Of a stretch of 64,000 bases of DNA, positions 36,719 to 46,717 are shown in pieces. Numbering within the stretch: the stretch's first letter is position 1; every line of letters begins with the position of its first letter. The stretch is taken from assembly GCA_963833045.1 (NCBI GenBank), contig CAWHWL010000020.1:99191-163190 (forward strand). Reading direction: 5' to 3'. The notes beneath the pieces were generated by a model. It was not told where the DNA came from and did not search any database. It saw nothing but the letters and a program-made list of their open reading frames with translations. Source of the DNA: Vulcanimicrobiota bacterium. Lineage in GTDB: Bacteria; Vulcanimicrobiota; Vulcanimicrobiia; Vulcanimicrobiales; Vulcanimicrobiaceae. The translations under genes were made by a program, and so were the position numbers.

Positions 36719-37600
36719 GTGTTTCCAGCCCAGTTCGATTACCAGCGGGCGCATTCGATCGATGAAGCTGTTAGTGCGCTTGCTAGCCACGGCGACGACG
36801 CCCGCGTCCTCGCGGGCGGACAAAGCTTGATTCCCGCTATGCGCTATCGGCTTGCCCGCCCTGCCGTCCTAATCGACATCAATCCCATCGAAGAACTCGC
36901 GTTTTTACGCGAAAGCAACGGGTTTTTGTGCATCGGCGCGGGTACGCGTGACTTTGCGCTCGAGGTCTCCCCGCTGATCGCTTCACGCTATCCGATGATC
37001 GCCGACACCTCGGCGGTCGTCGCCGATCCGGTCGTCCGCCAGATGGGCACCGTCGTCGGCAGCCTGTGCCACAACGATCCGGCCGGCGACTGGCCGGTCA
37101 CGTCGCTTGCTGCGCGCGCCCAACTCGTGCTTCGTTCAAAAAGCGGCGAACGCACGGTGTCGATCGATGACTTTCTCGTCGATTCGTTTACGACCGCGGT
37201 CAAGGACGGCGAGATGGCAACCGAAGTTCGCTTCCCAACGCCCGACGATCGCACGCGCGGTGCGTACTACAAGATCGAGCGCAAGGTCGGCGATTTTGCC
37301 ACAGCATCCGCCGCCACGCGCGTGACGCTCGCCGCTGACGGGACCATCGCGAGCGCGGGCATCGCAATCGGTGCCCTCGGCCCCAAAGCCCTGCGTGTGA
37401 GCGAAGCCGAGAAATTGCTCACCGGCGCGAAACCCACCAAGGACCTCATCGCCGCCGCCGCGCGCGAAGCCGAAAAGATCGCCGATCCAACGCCCGATAA
37501 TCGCGGCAGCGTGCAGTTCAAGAAAGCAATGGCCGGCGTGCTGGTCGCGCGCTCGCTTGCAACCACGTTCGAACGCCTTGGCGTAAAGGGGCTCGCATGA
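36719..37600 (+). CDS. coxM: CO dehydrogenase medium (FAD-binding) subunit
   Basis: [11 protein letters not shown]...[19 protein letters not shown]-binding motif. GTG at 36719 lies 4 nt after GGAGGA. The track start TTG 36707 is an in-frame alternative. Confidence 0.85.
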   Translation: MFPAQFDYQRAHSIDEAVSALASHGDDARVLAGGQSLIPAMRYRLARPAVLIDINPIEELAFLRESNGFLCIGAGTRDFALEVSPLIASRYPMIADTSAVVADPVVRQMGTVVGSLCHNDPAGDWPVTSLAARAQLVLRSKSGERTVSIDDFLVDSFTTAVKDGEMATEVRFPTPDDRTRGAYYKIERKVGDFATASAATRVTLAADGTIASAGIAIGALGPKALRVSEAEKLLTGAKPTKDLIAAAAREAEKIADPTPDNRGSVQFKKAMAGVLVARSLATTFERLGVKGLA

Positions 37601-38073
37601 AGATCAATGTTACGGTCAACGGAACCGCGTACGAGCGCGACGTCGAGCCGCGCCTGTTGCTGGCGTACTTCCTGCGCGAATCGCTCGGCCTTACCGGCAC
37701 GCACGTCGGCTGCGACTCCTCGCATTGCGGATGCTGCGTCGTCGTGCTCGACGGCGACCGTGCGGTGAAATCGTGCAACATGTTCGCCGTGCAAGCCGAC
37801 GGCCACGAGATCACGACGGTTGAAGGGCTCGAAGTGGGCGGCAAACTCCATCCTCTTCAGCAAGGTTTTTGGGATCAGCACGGTCTTCAATGCGGCTATT
37901 GCACGCCGGGCATGTTGATGACGTGCTCCGTCCTGCTCAAGCACAATCCCAAGCCGAGCGAAGCGGAGATCCGCGAAGGCATCTCCGGCAATTTATGCCG
38001 CTGTACCGGATATCAGAACATCGTCAAGGCCGTGCAGCAAGCCGCCGCGGCAGAGGAGCTGGTGCCGTCATGA
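37597..38073 (+). CDS. coxS: CO dehydrogenase small (2Fe-2S) subunit
   Basis: Two [2Fe-2S] motifs, [10 protein letters not shown] and CGYCTPGM...CRCTGY. Confidence 0.9.
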   Translation: MKINVTVNGTAYERDVEPRLLLAYFLRESLGLTGTHVGCDSSHCGCCVVVLDGDRAVKSCNMFAVQADGHEITTVEGLEVGGKLHPLQQGFWDQHGLQCGYCTPGMLMTCSVLLKHNPKPSEAEIREGISGNLCRCTGYQNIVKAVQQAAAAEELVPS

Positions 38074-40427
38074 GCACGACCGAAAAGCTTCCGGATCGCC
38101 ACTCGATGGGTCAGTCGATGAAGCGCAAGGAAGATCCGCGCTTCATTCGCGGCAAGGGCCACTATCTCGACGACGTCGTGCTGCCGCACATGCTCTACCT
38201 TGCATTGGTGCACAGTCCGTATCCGCACGCGCGCATTACCAAGATCGACAAAACCGCCGCGCTGGCACTGCCCGGCGTCAAAGCGGTCATCACCGGCGAG
38301 GATCTGGTCGCAGCGAAACTTGGCTGGCTCCCAACCTTCCACGGCTTCGACAATCAGATGGTGCTGGCAATCGGCAAAGCGCTCTATCAGTATCAAGAGG
38401 TTGCCGGCGTGATCGCTACGTCGCGCGCCATCGCCGAAGACGGCGCCGAACTGGTCGACGTCACCTACGAGCCGCTCGATCCGGTTGTTGACCCGTATCA
38501 ATCCAAGCTCGACAAGATCATCTTGCGCGATGACCGCGAGGCTAAGACCAACCACATTTATCATTGGGAAGTCGGTGAACGCGAAAAGACCGACGCTGCC
38601 ATCGCCAAGTCCGACGTCATGATTAAGGAGCGCATCCTCTCCCCGCGCTGTCATCCCGCACCGCTCGAACCGTGCGGCTGCGTTTCCGACATGAACGGTG
38701 CGACCGGACGCTTGACGATCCACATGACCTCGCAAGCACCGCACGTGCACCGCACGGCGTTCTCGCTGGTTACCGGCATTCCGGAGGACAAGATCCACAT
38801 AATCTCCTCCGACGTCGGCGGCGGCTTCGGCAACAAGGTGCCGGTCTATCCAGGCTACGTTGTCGCTACCGTCGCGTCGGTCATCTTGGGCGTACCGGTC
38901 AAGTGGGTCGAAACGCGCACCGAGAATCTCACCACGACCGGGTTTGCGCGCGATTACCACATGGACGTCGAAATCGGCGCAACCAAAGCGGGCAAAGTCA
39001 CGGCACTCAAAGTTTCGACGACGGCTGACCACGGCGCGTTCGACGCCGCAGCCGACCCGCGCAAGTATCCGGCCGGCATGTTCGGCATCGTTACCGGCTC
39101 CTATGATTTTCCCACTGCATTTGCCGAGGTCGACGCGTACTTCACCAACAAAGCACCGGGCGGGATCGCCTATCGCTGCTCGTTCCGCGTGACCGAAGCT
39201 TCCTTCGCCATCGAGCGCGCGATGGACATTCTTGCGCACAAGCTCGGGGTCGATCCGGTGCAACTGCGCATGCAGAACTTCATCAAGAAAGAGCAGTTCC
39301 CGTATCCGTCGCCGCTGGGCTTCACCTACGACAGCGGCGACTACGCTGCGACCACGAAGAAGGCACTCGATATCATCGGCTACGATGCACTGCGCAAAGA
39401 GCAGGCCGAGAAGCGCAAACGCGGCGAGTTGATGGGCATCGGCGTCTCGACCTTCACCGAAATCGTCGGCGCGGGCCCGGGCAAACACTTCGACATTCTG
39501 GGTATCAAGATGTTCGATAGCGCCGAGATTCGTATCCATCCGACGGGCTCGGGCATCGTTCGCGCGGGGACGAAAAGTCAAGGTCAAGGACACGAGACGA
39601 CCTGGGCGCAGATCGTCGCTGAAGAGCTCGGCCTCGATCCGCAAGAGTTGCTCGTCGAAGAAGGCGACACCGACACCGCGCCTTACGGTCTTGGCACCTA
39701 CGCCAGCCGTAGTACGCCGGTTGCCGGCGCCGCGCTGGCGCTCGCTTCGCGCAAGATCCGCGAGAAGGCGCGCAAGATCGCCGCGCACATGATGGAGGCG
39801 TCCGAAGACGACGTCGAGTGGAAGGACTACAAGTTCTCTCTCAAAGGCGTGCCCGGCAAGAGCGTGACGATGAAGGAAGTCGCGTTCGCCGCGTACACCA
39901 ATCCGGCGCCGGATTCCGAACCCGGTCTCGAAGCAACCTATTACTACGATCCGCCGAACCTCACGTTCCCCAACGGGACGTATATCGCCGTGGTCGACGT
40001 CGACGCCGGCACCGGTGAGACCAAGGTTCGCCGATTCCTCGCGGTCGACGATTGCGGAGTGGTGATCAACCCGATGATCGTCGAAGGCCAGATCCACGGT
40101 GGGCTCACCGAGGGCTTTGCCATGGCCTTCATGCAAGAGATCAAATTCGATGAAGGCGGGAATCACCTCAACACCAACTTCACCGACTATCTCGTGCCGA
40201 CGGCGCTGGAAACGCCGCACTGGGAAACCGGCAGCACGGTGACGCCAAGCCCGCATCACCCGATCGGCGCCAAAGGCGTCGGCGAAAGCCCTAACGTCGG
40301 CTCACCGCAAGCCTTCGTCAACGCCGTCATCGACGCGCTCTCGCCGATGGGCATCACGCACATCGATATGCCGCTCACGCGCGAGAAGGTTTGGAGCGCG
40401 ATTCAAGGAGCGCAAAAGAAGCCATGA
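38070..40427 (+). CDS. coxL: Form I aerobic CO dehydrogenase large (Mo-Cu) subunit
   Basis: ATG at 38070 in an ATGA overlap. The active-site loop IAYRCSFR (39165-39188) matches the form I signature (V)AYRCSFR. M-S-L gene order. Confidence 0.88.
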   Translation: MSTTEKLPDRHSMGQSMKRKEDPRFIRGKGHYLDDVVLPHMLYLALVHSPYPHARITKIDKTAALALPGVKAVITGEDLVAAKLGWLPTFHGFDNQMVLAIGKALYQYQEVAGVIATSRAIAEDGAELVDVTYEPLDPVVDPYQSKLDKIILRDDREAKTNHIYHWEVGEREKTDAAIAKSDVMIKERILSPRCHPAPLEPCGCVSDMNGATGRLTIHMTSQAPHVHRTAFSLVTGIPEDKIHIISSDVGGGFGNKVPVYPGYVVATVASVILGVPVKWVETRTENLTTTGFARDYHMDVEIGATKAGKVTALKVSTTADHGAFDAAADPRKYPAGMFGIVTGSYDFPTAFAEVDAYFTNKAPGGIAYRCSFRVTEASFAIERAMDILAHKLGVDPVQLRMQNFIKKEQFPYPSPLGFTYDSGDYAATTKKALDIIGYDALRKEQAEKRKRGELMGIGVSTFTEIVGAGPGKHFDILGIKMFDSAEIRIHPTGSGIVRAGTKSQGQGHETTWAQIVAEELGLDPQELLVEEGDTDTAPYGLGTYASRSTPVAGAALALASRKIREKARKIAAHMMEASEDDVEWKDYKFSLKGVPGKSVTMKEVAFAAYTNPAPDSEPGLEATYYYDPPNLTFPNGTYIAVVDVDAGTGETKVRRFLAVDDCGVVINPMIVEGQIHGGLTEGFAMAFMQEIKFDEGGNHLNTNFTDYLVPTALETPHWETGSTVTPSPHHPIGAKGVGESPNVGSPQAFVNAVIDALSPMGITHIDMPLTREKVWSAIQGAQKKP

Positions 40428-40882
40428 ACCTAGAGTGGAACGGGCAAGAACGCATCACCGCAAACAAAGCCACCGTCTGGGCGTTCATCAACGACCCGGG
40501 CAAAGTTGCTTCATGTTTGCCCGATCTGATCTCGTCGAACGTGAAGGACGCGCACAGCGTGGATGCGACGGTGAAAGTCGCGGTCGGTCCGGTACGCGGC
40601 AGCTTCAAGTTCGCGATCACGCTTGAGCCGCGCGCCGATGGCAATCACATGGATCTCAAGATCAGCGGCGGTGGCTTCGGCAGCGTCGTCGATCTGCTTG
40701 CCGGCGCCGATCTGACCGAGAATTCCGACGGCACGACGACGCTGGATTGGAAGGGCAACGCGTCGGTCAGCGGAACGGTCGCCACGATCGGCGGACGCGT
40801 GCTCGACGCGCAGGCGCATCGCGTGATCAGCACGACTTTCGAAAACGTGAAGAACCAGCTCAGCGGAGCGCCCGCGGGGTAA
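40424..40882 (+). CDS. coxG: CoxG-like SRPBCC protein
   Basis: ATGA overlap with coxL. ~150 aa with ITANKATVWAFINDPGKVASCLPD, typical of CoxG. Confidence 0.75.
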   Translation: MNLEWNGQERITANKATVWAFINDPGKVASCLPDLISSNVKDAHSVDATVKVAVGPVRGSFKFAITLEPRADGNHMDLKISGGGFGSVVDLLAGADLTENSDGTTTLDWKGNASVSGTVATIGGRVLDAQAHRVISTTFENVKNQLSGAPAG

Positions 40883-40886
40883 CGTC

Positions 40887-41705
40887 ATGACCTTACCACA
40901 GGAACCGTATGCGGTTGCAACCGTCGTCGTCCGGCGCTCCCCGGTCAGCGCGCACCTTGGCGATCGCGCCATCATTAGCGCCGATGGGAGGATGGACGGG
41001 TTCGTCGGCGGTTCGTGTTCGCGCGATATCGTGCGCCGGCAAGGTCTCGATGCAATCCGCACCGGCCGCGCGCGTCTGGTGCAGATTCGGCCCGAACCCG
41101 GCGATAGCGCGGACGCGAATGCCGAGACGGTCGTCGTGCCGATGGGGTGCGCTTCGGAGGGAGCGGTTGACGTGTATATCGAGCCGCATCTTCCGGCGCG
41201 AACGCTGCTGATCGTCGGCCACACGCCGGTCGCACAGGAACTCGCGCGGCTTGGAACCGTGCTCGACGCGTTTCGCGTGCAACGCGTGGTCGAAAGCGAT
41301 GAGCTTGGCGATTTACCCGGCAATGAGTCCTCGGACGCGATCGCGGTCGAGTCGCTTGCCGGATACCTCGCGGCCCTAGGCGCGCAACGTTCGCGTTTGG
41401 TTGCGATCGTCGCATCGCAAGGCCACTACGACGAACGCGCGCTCTCAACGCTGCTCTCGGGCGAGCCGCAAGCCTTTGTCGGCTTGCTGGCGAGCCGCAA
41501 ACGCGCGGCTTCCGTGTTCGGTGCGCTCGAGCAGGAGGGGATTGCGCGCGATGCGTTGGCGACCGTCCATAATCCCGTCGGCATCGATATTGGCGCGCGC
41601 ACACCGAGCGAAGTCGCCGTTTCCATCCTCGCCGAGATCATCGCCGCATGCGTTCCGAACGCAGCAATCGATCGCGACGAGGGGCATCACTGCTGTCACA
41701 CGTGA
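40887..41705 (+). CDS. XdhC/CoxI-family maturation factor with His/Cys-rich C-terminal tail
   Basis: XdhC_CoxI N-terminal domain (ATVV...GS.P...G....I..DG...G.VGGSC) plus a Rossmann-like half (LLIVGHTPVAQEL...VASQGHYDE...VGLLASRKR...IGARTPSE). Ends in EGHHCCHT. Confidence 0.75.
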   Translation: MTLPQEPYAVATVVVRRSPVSAHLGDRAIISADGRMDGFVGGSCSRDIVRRQGLDAIRTGRARLVQIRPEPGDSADANAETVVVPMGCASEGAVDVYIEPHLPARTLLIVGHTPVAQELARLGTVLDAFRVQRVVESDELGDLPGNESSDAIAVESLAGYLAALGAQRSRLVAIVASQGHYDERALSTLLSGEPQAFVGLLASRKRAASVFGALEQEGIARDALATVHNPVGIDIGARTPSEVAVSILAEIIAACVPNAAIDRDEGHHCCHT

Positions 41706-42640
41706 ACGCCGATCGCTTACGCGAGGCATTCGCCGCGCGCGGTTACATTGCCGACGACGACTTTGCGACGACCTTCGAATTGATGCTCGCTCTGGGCAAG
41801 CCGCTCTTGATCGAAGGGCCGGCCGGAATCGGCAAGACCGAAAGCGCCAAAGTGCTTGCCGACGTTCTGGGCACGCAATTGATCCGGCTGCAATGCTATG
41901 AAGGACTCGATGCGGCCAGTGCCCTCTACGAGTGGAACTATCCTAAGCAACTTTTGCATCTGCGCATGACCGAACATGAGAACGGCTCCGTACAATCTCG
42001 CGAGGCGGAGATCTTTAGCGAATCGTTTCTCTTGCGGCGTCCGTTGCTCGAAGCGATCGTGCAAGAGCGTGCGCCCGTGCTCTTGATCGATGAGATCGAT
42101 CGTGCCGACGAGGCTTTCGAGGCGTTTCTACTTGAAGTCCTAGGTGAGTTTCAGGTGACCATTCCCGAAGTCGGTACGATTCGCGCAAAGGAGCGTCCGG
42201 CCGTGATCGTGACGTCGAACCGTTCGCGGGATCTCTCCGACGCACTGCGCCGTCGCTGCCTCTACCTCTGCATCGACTATCCGCCGTTCGAGCGTGAGGT
42301 TGCAATTCTGCTCGCGCGTTTGCCCGAGATCAACGAGCGGCTCGCTACCCAGATCGCGCGTTTTATGGAGTGGATGCGCGAGCAGCCGTTTCAAAAGGTT
42401 CCCGGCACGGCTGAAAGTCTGGATTGGGCTCTCGCATTGGTGCGCTTGCACCGCGATGCGCTCGATGACCGGACGCTCGAAGCGACGATGGGCTGCATCT
42501 TGAAACTGCAGGAAGATTGGGAACTGCTCCGTTCGATGCACGCGCGCTACGCACACTTGCTCACGCCGGATCCAAACGCGCCGGTCGCGACCTCGCCGCC
42601 GGACCCAGACTACGGACTGGGCAGCGTTCAGGCACACTAG
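41702..42640 (+). CDS. coxD: MoxR-type AAA+ ATPase
   Basis: GTGA overlap with the upstream gene. Walker A GPAGIGKT and Walker B LLIDEIDRA. Confidence 0.85.
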   Translation: MNADRLREAFAARGYIADDDFATTFELMLALGKPLLIEGPAGIGKTESAKVLADVLGTQLIRLQCYEGLDAASALYEWNYPKQLLHLRMTEHENGSVQSREAEIFSESFLLRRPLLEAIVQERAPVLLIDEIDRADEAFEAFLLEVLGEFQVTIPEVGTIRAKERPAVIVTSNRSRDLSDALRRRCLYLCIDYPPFEREVAILLARLPEINERLATQIARFMEWMREQPFQKVPGTAESLDWALALVRLHRDALDDRTLEATMGCILKLQEDWELLRSMHARYAHLLTPDPNAPVATSPPDPDYGLGSVQAH

Positions 42641-42642
42641 CG

Positions 42643-43710
42643 ATGTCCGATCTCGCGAGTGCCACGCTCGAATTTTGCGGGATGCTGCGACGCGAACACG
42701 ACTTCGCCATGGGTCGCGCCGAAATGCACGACGCGCTGCGCGCGACCGAGGCCGTCGGCGTGCGCGAGCGTGGACGGTTGCGTGCCGCTCTCCGCGCGGT
42801 ATGTTGCTCCCGTCCCGACGAGATCGAGATCTTCGATCGCGCCTTCGACGCATTCTTCTCGAGTGGGCGCGCAGGCGCGCCGCAACCAAAGCATGCCCGG
42901 CGTTCACGCCCCGAGGCTGGCGATGAACCTCCGCCGGAGCGGCAATCCACGTTCACTCTCGAGGACGAAAGCCTCGCCCAACGCTGGCAATACCTGCGGG
43001 CGCGCTACAGTCCGATCGAAGGCGCATCTCCGCCGCCGCCGGTTCCGCTCGATGGATCGAACGACGCTGATGCACTGGTGCAACGCCTGATCTCACGCAT
43101 TCGTCTGGGGCGTTCGCGTCGCTTACGGCCGCAGCCGCACGGACGTCATCTCGACCTGCGCCGCACCGTGCGCGCGAGTTTGCAGACCGGCGGTGAAATC
43201 GTTGCGCTGCGCCGCCGGGGATATCCGCTGCGTAATCCGCGTTTCGTCGTTCTGATCGACGCGAGCCGCTCGATGAGCGAATATGCGCCGGCGGCGCTGC
43301 AGGTTGCCCAGGCGCTCCTGCGACGCACGCGGCGCGCAAGCGCATTCGTCTTTAGCACGGCGCTGCGCGAAATTACGCGCGACTTGCGGCGAAACCGGCC
43401 GGTCACCAATACCGGCGAGGCCTGGGGCGGCGGCACGCGCATCGGCGCGAGCCTCAATGCCTTCGTGCGCAACTTTGGGTCGAGGCTCGACGATCATACC
43501 TACGTGATCCTGGTCAGCGATGGTCTCGATGTCGGCGATATTGCGCAGCTCGAGCACGCGATGCGCGAGATCGCGCGCCGCAGCGCGGCGATCGCGTGGG
43601 TCAATCCACACGCGGCCGAGCCGGGCTTTACCCCAACTTCGCAGGGCATGCAGACCGCGCTTCCTTATCTTGCCTCGCTGACCGCGTGGAGCGGGCTTGC
43701 CGATGCGTGA
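42643..43710 (+). CDS. coxE: VWA-domain protein, CoxE-like
   Basis: MIDAS-like VLIDASRSMS. Lies directly after the MoxR ATPase, as in cox clusters. Confidence 0.75.
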   Translation: MSDLASATLEFCGMLRREHDFAMGRAEMHDALRATEAVGVRERGRLRAALRAVCCSRPDEIEIFDRAFDAFFSSGRAGAPQPKHARRSRPEAGDEPPPERQSTFTLEDESLAQRWQYLRARYSPIEGASPPPPVPLDGSNDADALVQRLISRIRLGRSRRLRPQPHGRHLDLRRTVRASLQTGGEIVALRRRGYPLRNPRFVVLIDASRSMSEYAPAALQVAQALLRRTRRASAFVFSTALREITRDLRRNRPVTNTGEAWGGGTRIGASLNAFVRNFGSRLDDHTYVILVSDGLDVGDIAQLEHAMREIARRSAAIAWVNPHAAEPGFTPTSQGMQTALPYLASLTAWSGLADA

Positions 43711-44599
43711 GGTCTTTGCTGCCGCCGCCGCATGGCTCGAAGAAGGCACGCCGCTTGCGTTCGCCACGTTGAGCGAACTGCGTGCCGCCAAGACCGCGCC
43801 GATCGGGACCACGATCGCCGTCAGCGGTGACGGACGCATCGCCGGCAATATCGGCGCGGGCTGCTACGAGAGCGAGATCATCGAAGCCGCGCAGCAAACG
43901 CTGGCCGATGGGGTCGTGCGCACCCTCGACGTCAACCTCGATAACGACGACGAGCTTGCCGGCGGGACCGCCTGCGGTGCCGTGATGCGGCTGCTGATCT
44001 GGCGCCCGCAAGCGGCATTCCTCGACGATGCGCGCGCTATTGCGAGCGGCGAGCGCGCGGTCACGCTACGCATCGGCGGCTTCGAGCACGTCATTCCCAC
44101 GAAGCAGACGTTGGTTCTGGTCGGGGCCACGTCGCTGGCCGCCGATCTGGCGGCGATGGGTCGACGCATGGACTTCGCGGTGATCGTGGTCGATCCGCGC
44201 CCGGCGTTCGCAACCGTCCAGCGCGTGCCGGATGCGCACGTCATCGCGCGCGAATGGCCCGACGATTATCTCCCGCGCATTCTCTCGTCGCACACCGCAA
44301 TCGTCGTGCTCTCACACGATCCCAAGTTCGATCTTCCCGCGCTGCGCTGCGCGCTGCGCTCGAACGCGCCATATATCGGGCTGCTGGGAAGCCGTCGCGC
44401 GCAAACCGCGCGGCGTGCGGCGCTGCGCGCCGAGGGCTTCGATGACGCGGCGCTCGAGCGCATTCATGGCCCGGTCGGCCTCGATATCGGCGGCGCCACG
44501 ACCGCCGAAACGGCGATTTCCATTCTCGCGGAGATCGTGGCTACGCGCAGCGGCCGTCGCGGAACCCCGCTCCTCTCGGCAAATGGTGCAATCCACTGA
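43703..44599 (+). CDS. coxF: XdhC/CoxF-family maturation factor
   Basis: Contains FATLSELRAAKTAPIGTTIAVSGDGRIAGNIGAGC, LVLVGATSLAADL, VVLSHDPKFD and IGLLGSRR. ATG 43703, with TTG 43697 as an alternative. Confidence 0.75.
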   Translation: MREVFAAAAAWLEEGTPLAFATLSELRAAKTAPIGTTIAVSGDGRIAGNIGAGCYESEIIEAAQQTLADGVVRTLDVNLDNDDELAGGTACGAVMRLLIWRPQAAFLDDARAIASGERAVTLRIGGFEHVIPTKQTLVLVGATSLAADLAAMGRRMDFAVIVVDPRPAFATVQRVPDAHVIAREWPDDYLPRILSSHTAIVVLSHDPKFDLPALRCALRSNAPYIGLLGSRRAQTARRAALRAEGFDDAALERIHGPVGLDIGGATTAETAISILAEIVATRSGRRGTPLLSANGAIH

Positions 44600-44628
44600 A
44601 AGCCGCGCGCGACGCTGACTACGCGCTG

Positions 44629-45279
44629 ATGCCGCTGCTCTTCGGCCTGACCTTCATCTCGGGTCTGGTCGACGCGGTCAGCTTTTTGCGTCTCGGCCAC
44701 ACCTTCGTCGCAAACATGACCGGCAATCTCGTCCTGCTCGGCTTTGCTATCGGAGGCGCGAACGGCATCTCGATCGTTGGTTCAATAATCGCAATTGGGT
44801 CGTTCATGATCGGCGGCATCATCGGCGGACGGCTCAACCGGCGCCACGGCGAGAACGGCGCACACCTGCTCTCGGTGACCACCTTCGTCAAGATATTTTT
44901 CATGTTGGGAGCAGCCGCGATCGCCTGGTTTTTCGGTTATGACGGTTTTATTGCTTACGTGCTGACCGCAGTGCTCGCTATCTCGATGGGCCTGCAAAAC
45001 GCGGTGGTGCGCGGCATCGGCGTAGCCGATATCACGACGACCGTCGTGACGCAGACGATCATCGGCATCGCCATGGATTCGACGCTCGCCGGCGGAACCA
45101 ACACGCGCGTTCGCCGCCGCATCACCGCCGTCGTGGTCATGTTTGCCGGCGCACTCATCGGCGCCGTGATCGTTCTGCGCTTAGGGATCCCCGCAGCGCT
45201 TGTCGCGGCCGCAGCCGCCCTGGCCATCGTCTCGGCCTGGGCATGGAAGCTCAAACAGACCGCAACCCTCGCGCAATAA
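44629..45279 (+). CDS. DUF1275 (YoaK-like) membrane protein
   Basis: GLVDAVSFLRLGHTFVANMTGNLVLLG motif and 6 TM segments. Confidence 0.7.
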   Translation: MPLLFGLTFISGLVDAVSFLRLGHTFVANMTGNLVLLGFAIGGANGISIVGSIIAIGSFMIGGIIGGRLNRRHGENGAHLLSVTTFVKIFFMLGAAAIAWFFGYDGFIAYVLTAVLAISMGLQNAVVRGIGVADITTTVVTQTIIGIAMDSTLAGGTNTRVRRRITAVVVMFAGALIGAVIVLRLGIPAALVAAAAALAIVSAWAWKLKQTATLAQ

Positions 45280-45297
45280 ACGCGGGTCGGGGCGAAT

Positions 45298-45738
45298 ATG
45301 GCACAAGATCAAATCGTTCGCTCCGCAAACGTCAAATGGGTCGGCGACGTAGCCAAGGGCCACGGCGATATCACGACCGCAAGCGGAAAAGTTTCCGCCT
45401 CGTATTCGTTCGGGACGCGCTTCTCGACCGACCCGGGCACGAATCCCGAAGAGCTGCTTGCCGCTTCGCACGCGGCGTGCTTCACGATGGCCACCAGCGC
45501 CGTGCTCACGCGCGCCGGCCATGCGCCGGTCTCGCTCGACACAACCGCAACGGTCTACCTCGAACGCGCGGGGGAGGGCTACAAGATTCCCAAGATCGAG
45601 CTGGCGATCACCGGCGTCGTGCCCGGCGTCTCGGCGGACGAATTCGCAACCTACGCAAAACAGGCGGAGGCATCGTGTCCGATCAGCAACGCGCTACGCG
45701 CGGTACCGATCAGCGTCGCGCCGACGCTCGCGTCCTAA
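45298..45738 (+). CDS. osmC: OsmC family peroxiredoxin
   Basis: PEELLAASHAACFTMA and ASCPISNAL carry the two conserved Cys. ~146 aa. Confidence 0.85.
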   Translation: MAQDQIVRSANVKWVGDVAKGHGDITTASGKVSASYSFGTRFSTDPGTNPEELLAASHAACFTMATSAVLTRAGHAPVSLDTTATVYLERAGEGYKIPKIELAITGVVPGVSADEFATYAKQAEASCPISNALRAVPISVAPTLAS

Positions 45739-45740
45739 AT

Positions 45741-46196
45741 ATTGGGCGCGTCCGCGCGCCCGATGAATTCCTCGAGCTGCACCGGCTTCTCACGGTGTAC
45801 GAATCAGATCTGCCGGAACCGTTGCGTCACGGCTCGGTTCCCGAGATTTCCGCTCTCATGACGCTCTACGGCGCGCCCAACGCCGCGTTCCTCGCGCGAC
45901 TCGACGACACCGCCATCGGCTGCGTGGTGTGCAAGCCGCAGGATACGTCGACGGCCGAGCTCGCGCGCTTGTACGTCGAACCGCACGCGCGTAAATCGGG
46001 CGCAGGCCGTGCGCTGGTCAACGCGGTGATCGATTTCGCTCGCGGCGCCGGATTCGAACGCTTGGTGCTCGATACTCACCGTGAATTGCTTCCGGCAGCC
46101 TGCCGGCTTTACAACTCGCTGGGATTTGCAGAATACCAGCCCGAGTGCGGCGGTGACGATGCGGTGTGCCCGACGTTTATGGAGTTGCGCCTTTAG
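45741..46196 (+). CDS. GNAT family N-acetyltransferase (start codon unresolved)
   Basis: Acetyl-CoA motif VEPHARKSGAGRALVNAVIDFA. The homology-like N-terminus IGRVRAPDEF begins at an ATT (45741), and the nearest canonical in-frame start is GTG 45795. Confidence 0.55.
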   Translation: MGRVRAPDEFLELHRLLTVYESDLPEPLRHGSVPEISALMTLYGAPNAAFLARLDDTAIGCVVCKPQDTSTAELARLYVEPHARKSGAGRALVNAVIDFARGAGFERLVLDTHRELLPAACRLYNSLGFAEYQPECGGDDAVCPTFMELRL

Positions 46197-46635
46197 ATCG
46201 GGATTCGATGCCCCGCTTGATGTCGCGCAGAAACTCGCGCGCAGTCGCCTGCGCGATCTGAAATCCGATCAGTTCGTCGAAGACCTGGCCGGCAGCGCCG
46301 AGCGGCGGCGTATAGTGGCCTCGCAGCTCGATGGAACTTCGCGTTGGATCGTCCTCGCCCCAAGCGAGCAACGTGCCCTCGAAGCGCGGAAAGATCACGG
46401 TCCCCTCGGGTTCCCACGCGACGCGCACGACCTTGTTGAGATTGTCATCATCGCGCCCCTCGCGCGCTTCTATCCGAACTTCGCGCTCGAGCGAAAGCGT
46501 GCCGTCCATCGGCACGCGCAAGCGCATCCGGGTCAACCCGTCGGCGTCCTGCCGCACCGCGAAGAATGCGATCAGGCCGGCCTCGGTCTGTTCGACCGGG
46601 CACTCGACCATAGCACGCTCGCGAAGTTCCTTCAT
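46177..46635 (-). CDS. Uncharacterised protein, paralog 1 of a three-member family in this window
   Basis: Shares with 56641..57120 and 60627..61046 an N-terminal CP dipeptide and the block W(E/R)P..(F/Y)P....L......Y.PP(L/F)G.AG..FD...G..IA..T...L. Confidence 0.55.
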   Translation of the reverse strand: MKELRERAMVECPVEQTEAGLIAFFAVRQDADGLTRMRLRVPMDGTLSLEREVRIEAREGRDDDNLNKVVRVAWEPEGTVIFPRFEGTLLAWGEDDPTRSSIELRGHYTPPLGAAGQVFDELIGFQIAQATAREFLRDIKRGIESRSKGATP

Positions 46636-46717
46636 GGCGTGACGGTATCAGAGATCGAGGAACGACCAGGGAACCGGCGTTCTCAGATTATTCATAACGG
46701 GTGCGTAGGGTGGGGTT

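Noticed and set aside
38013-40259. A 748-aa ORF antisense to coxL, together with similar long antisense ORFs (11451-12593, 25483-26700, 16706-17404, 46688-47788, 53011-54111, 59258-59995).
   Set aside because: They lie opposite genes with unmistakable family motifs. Their translations are Arg/Gly/Asp/His-rich low-complexity sequence. In high-GC DNA the antisense frame that shares wobble positions stays open by chance.
46660-46700. A shared 8-mer TTCTCAGA (46.68 kb upstream of xfp, and its reverse complement near 57.83 kb upstream of cbaD), plus GGGAAC-N4-GTTCTC, as a possible island-wide regulator box.
   Set aside because: One 8-mer shared by two ~80-bp regions is close to chance expectation. 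It was not found in the other island promoters I read.
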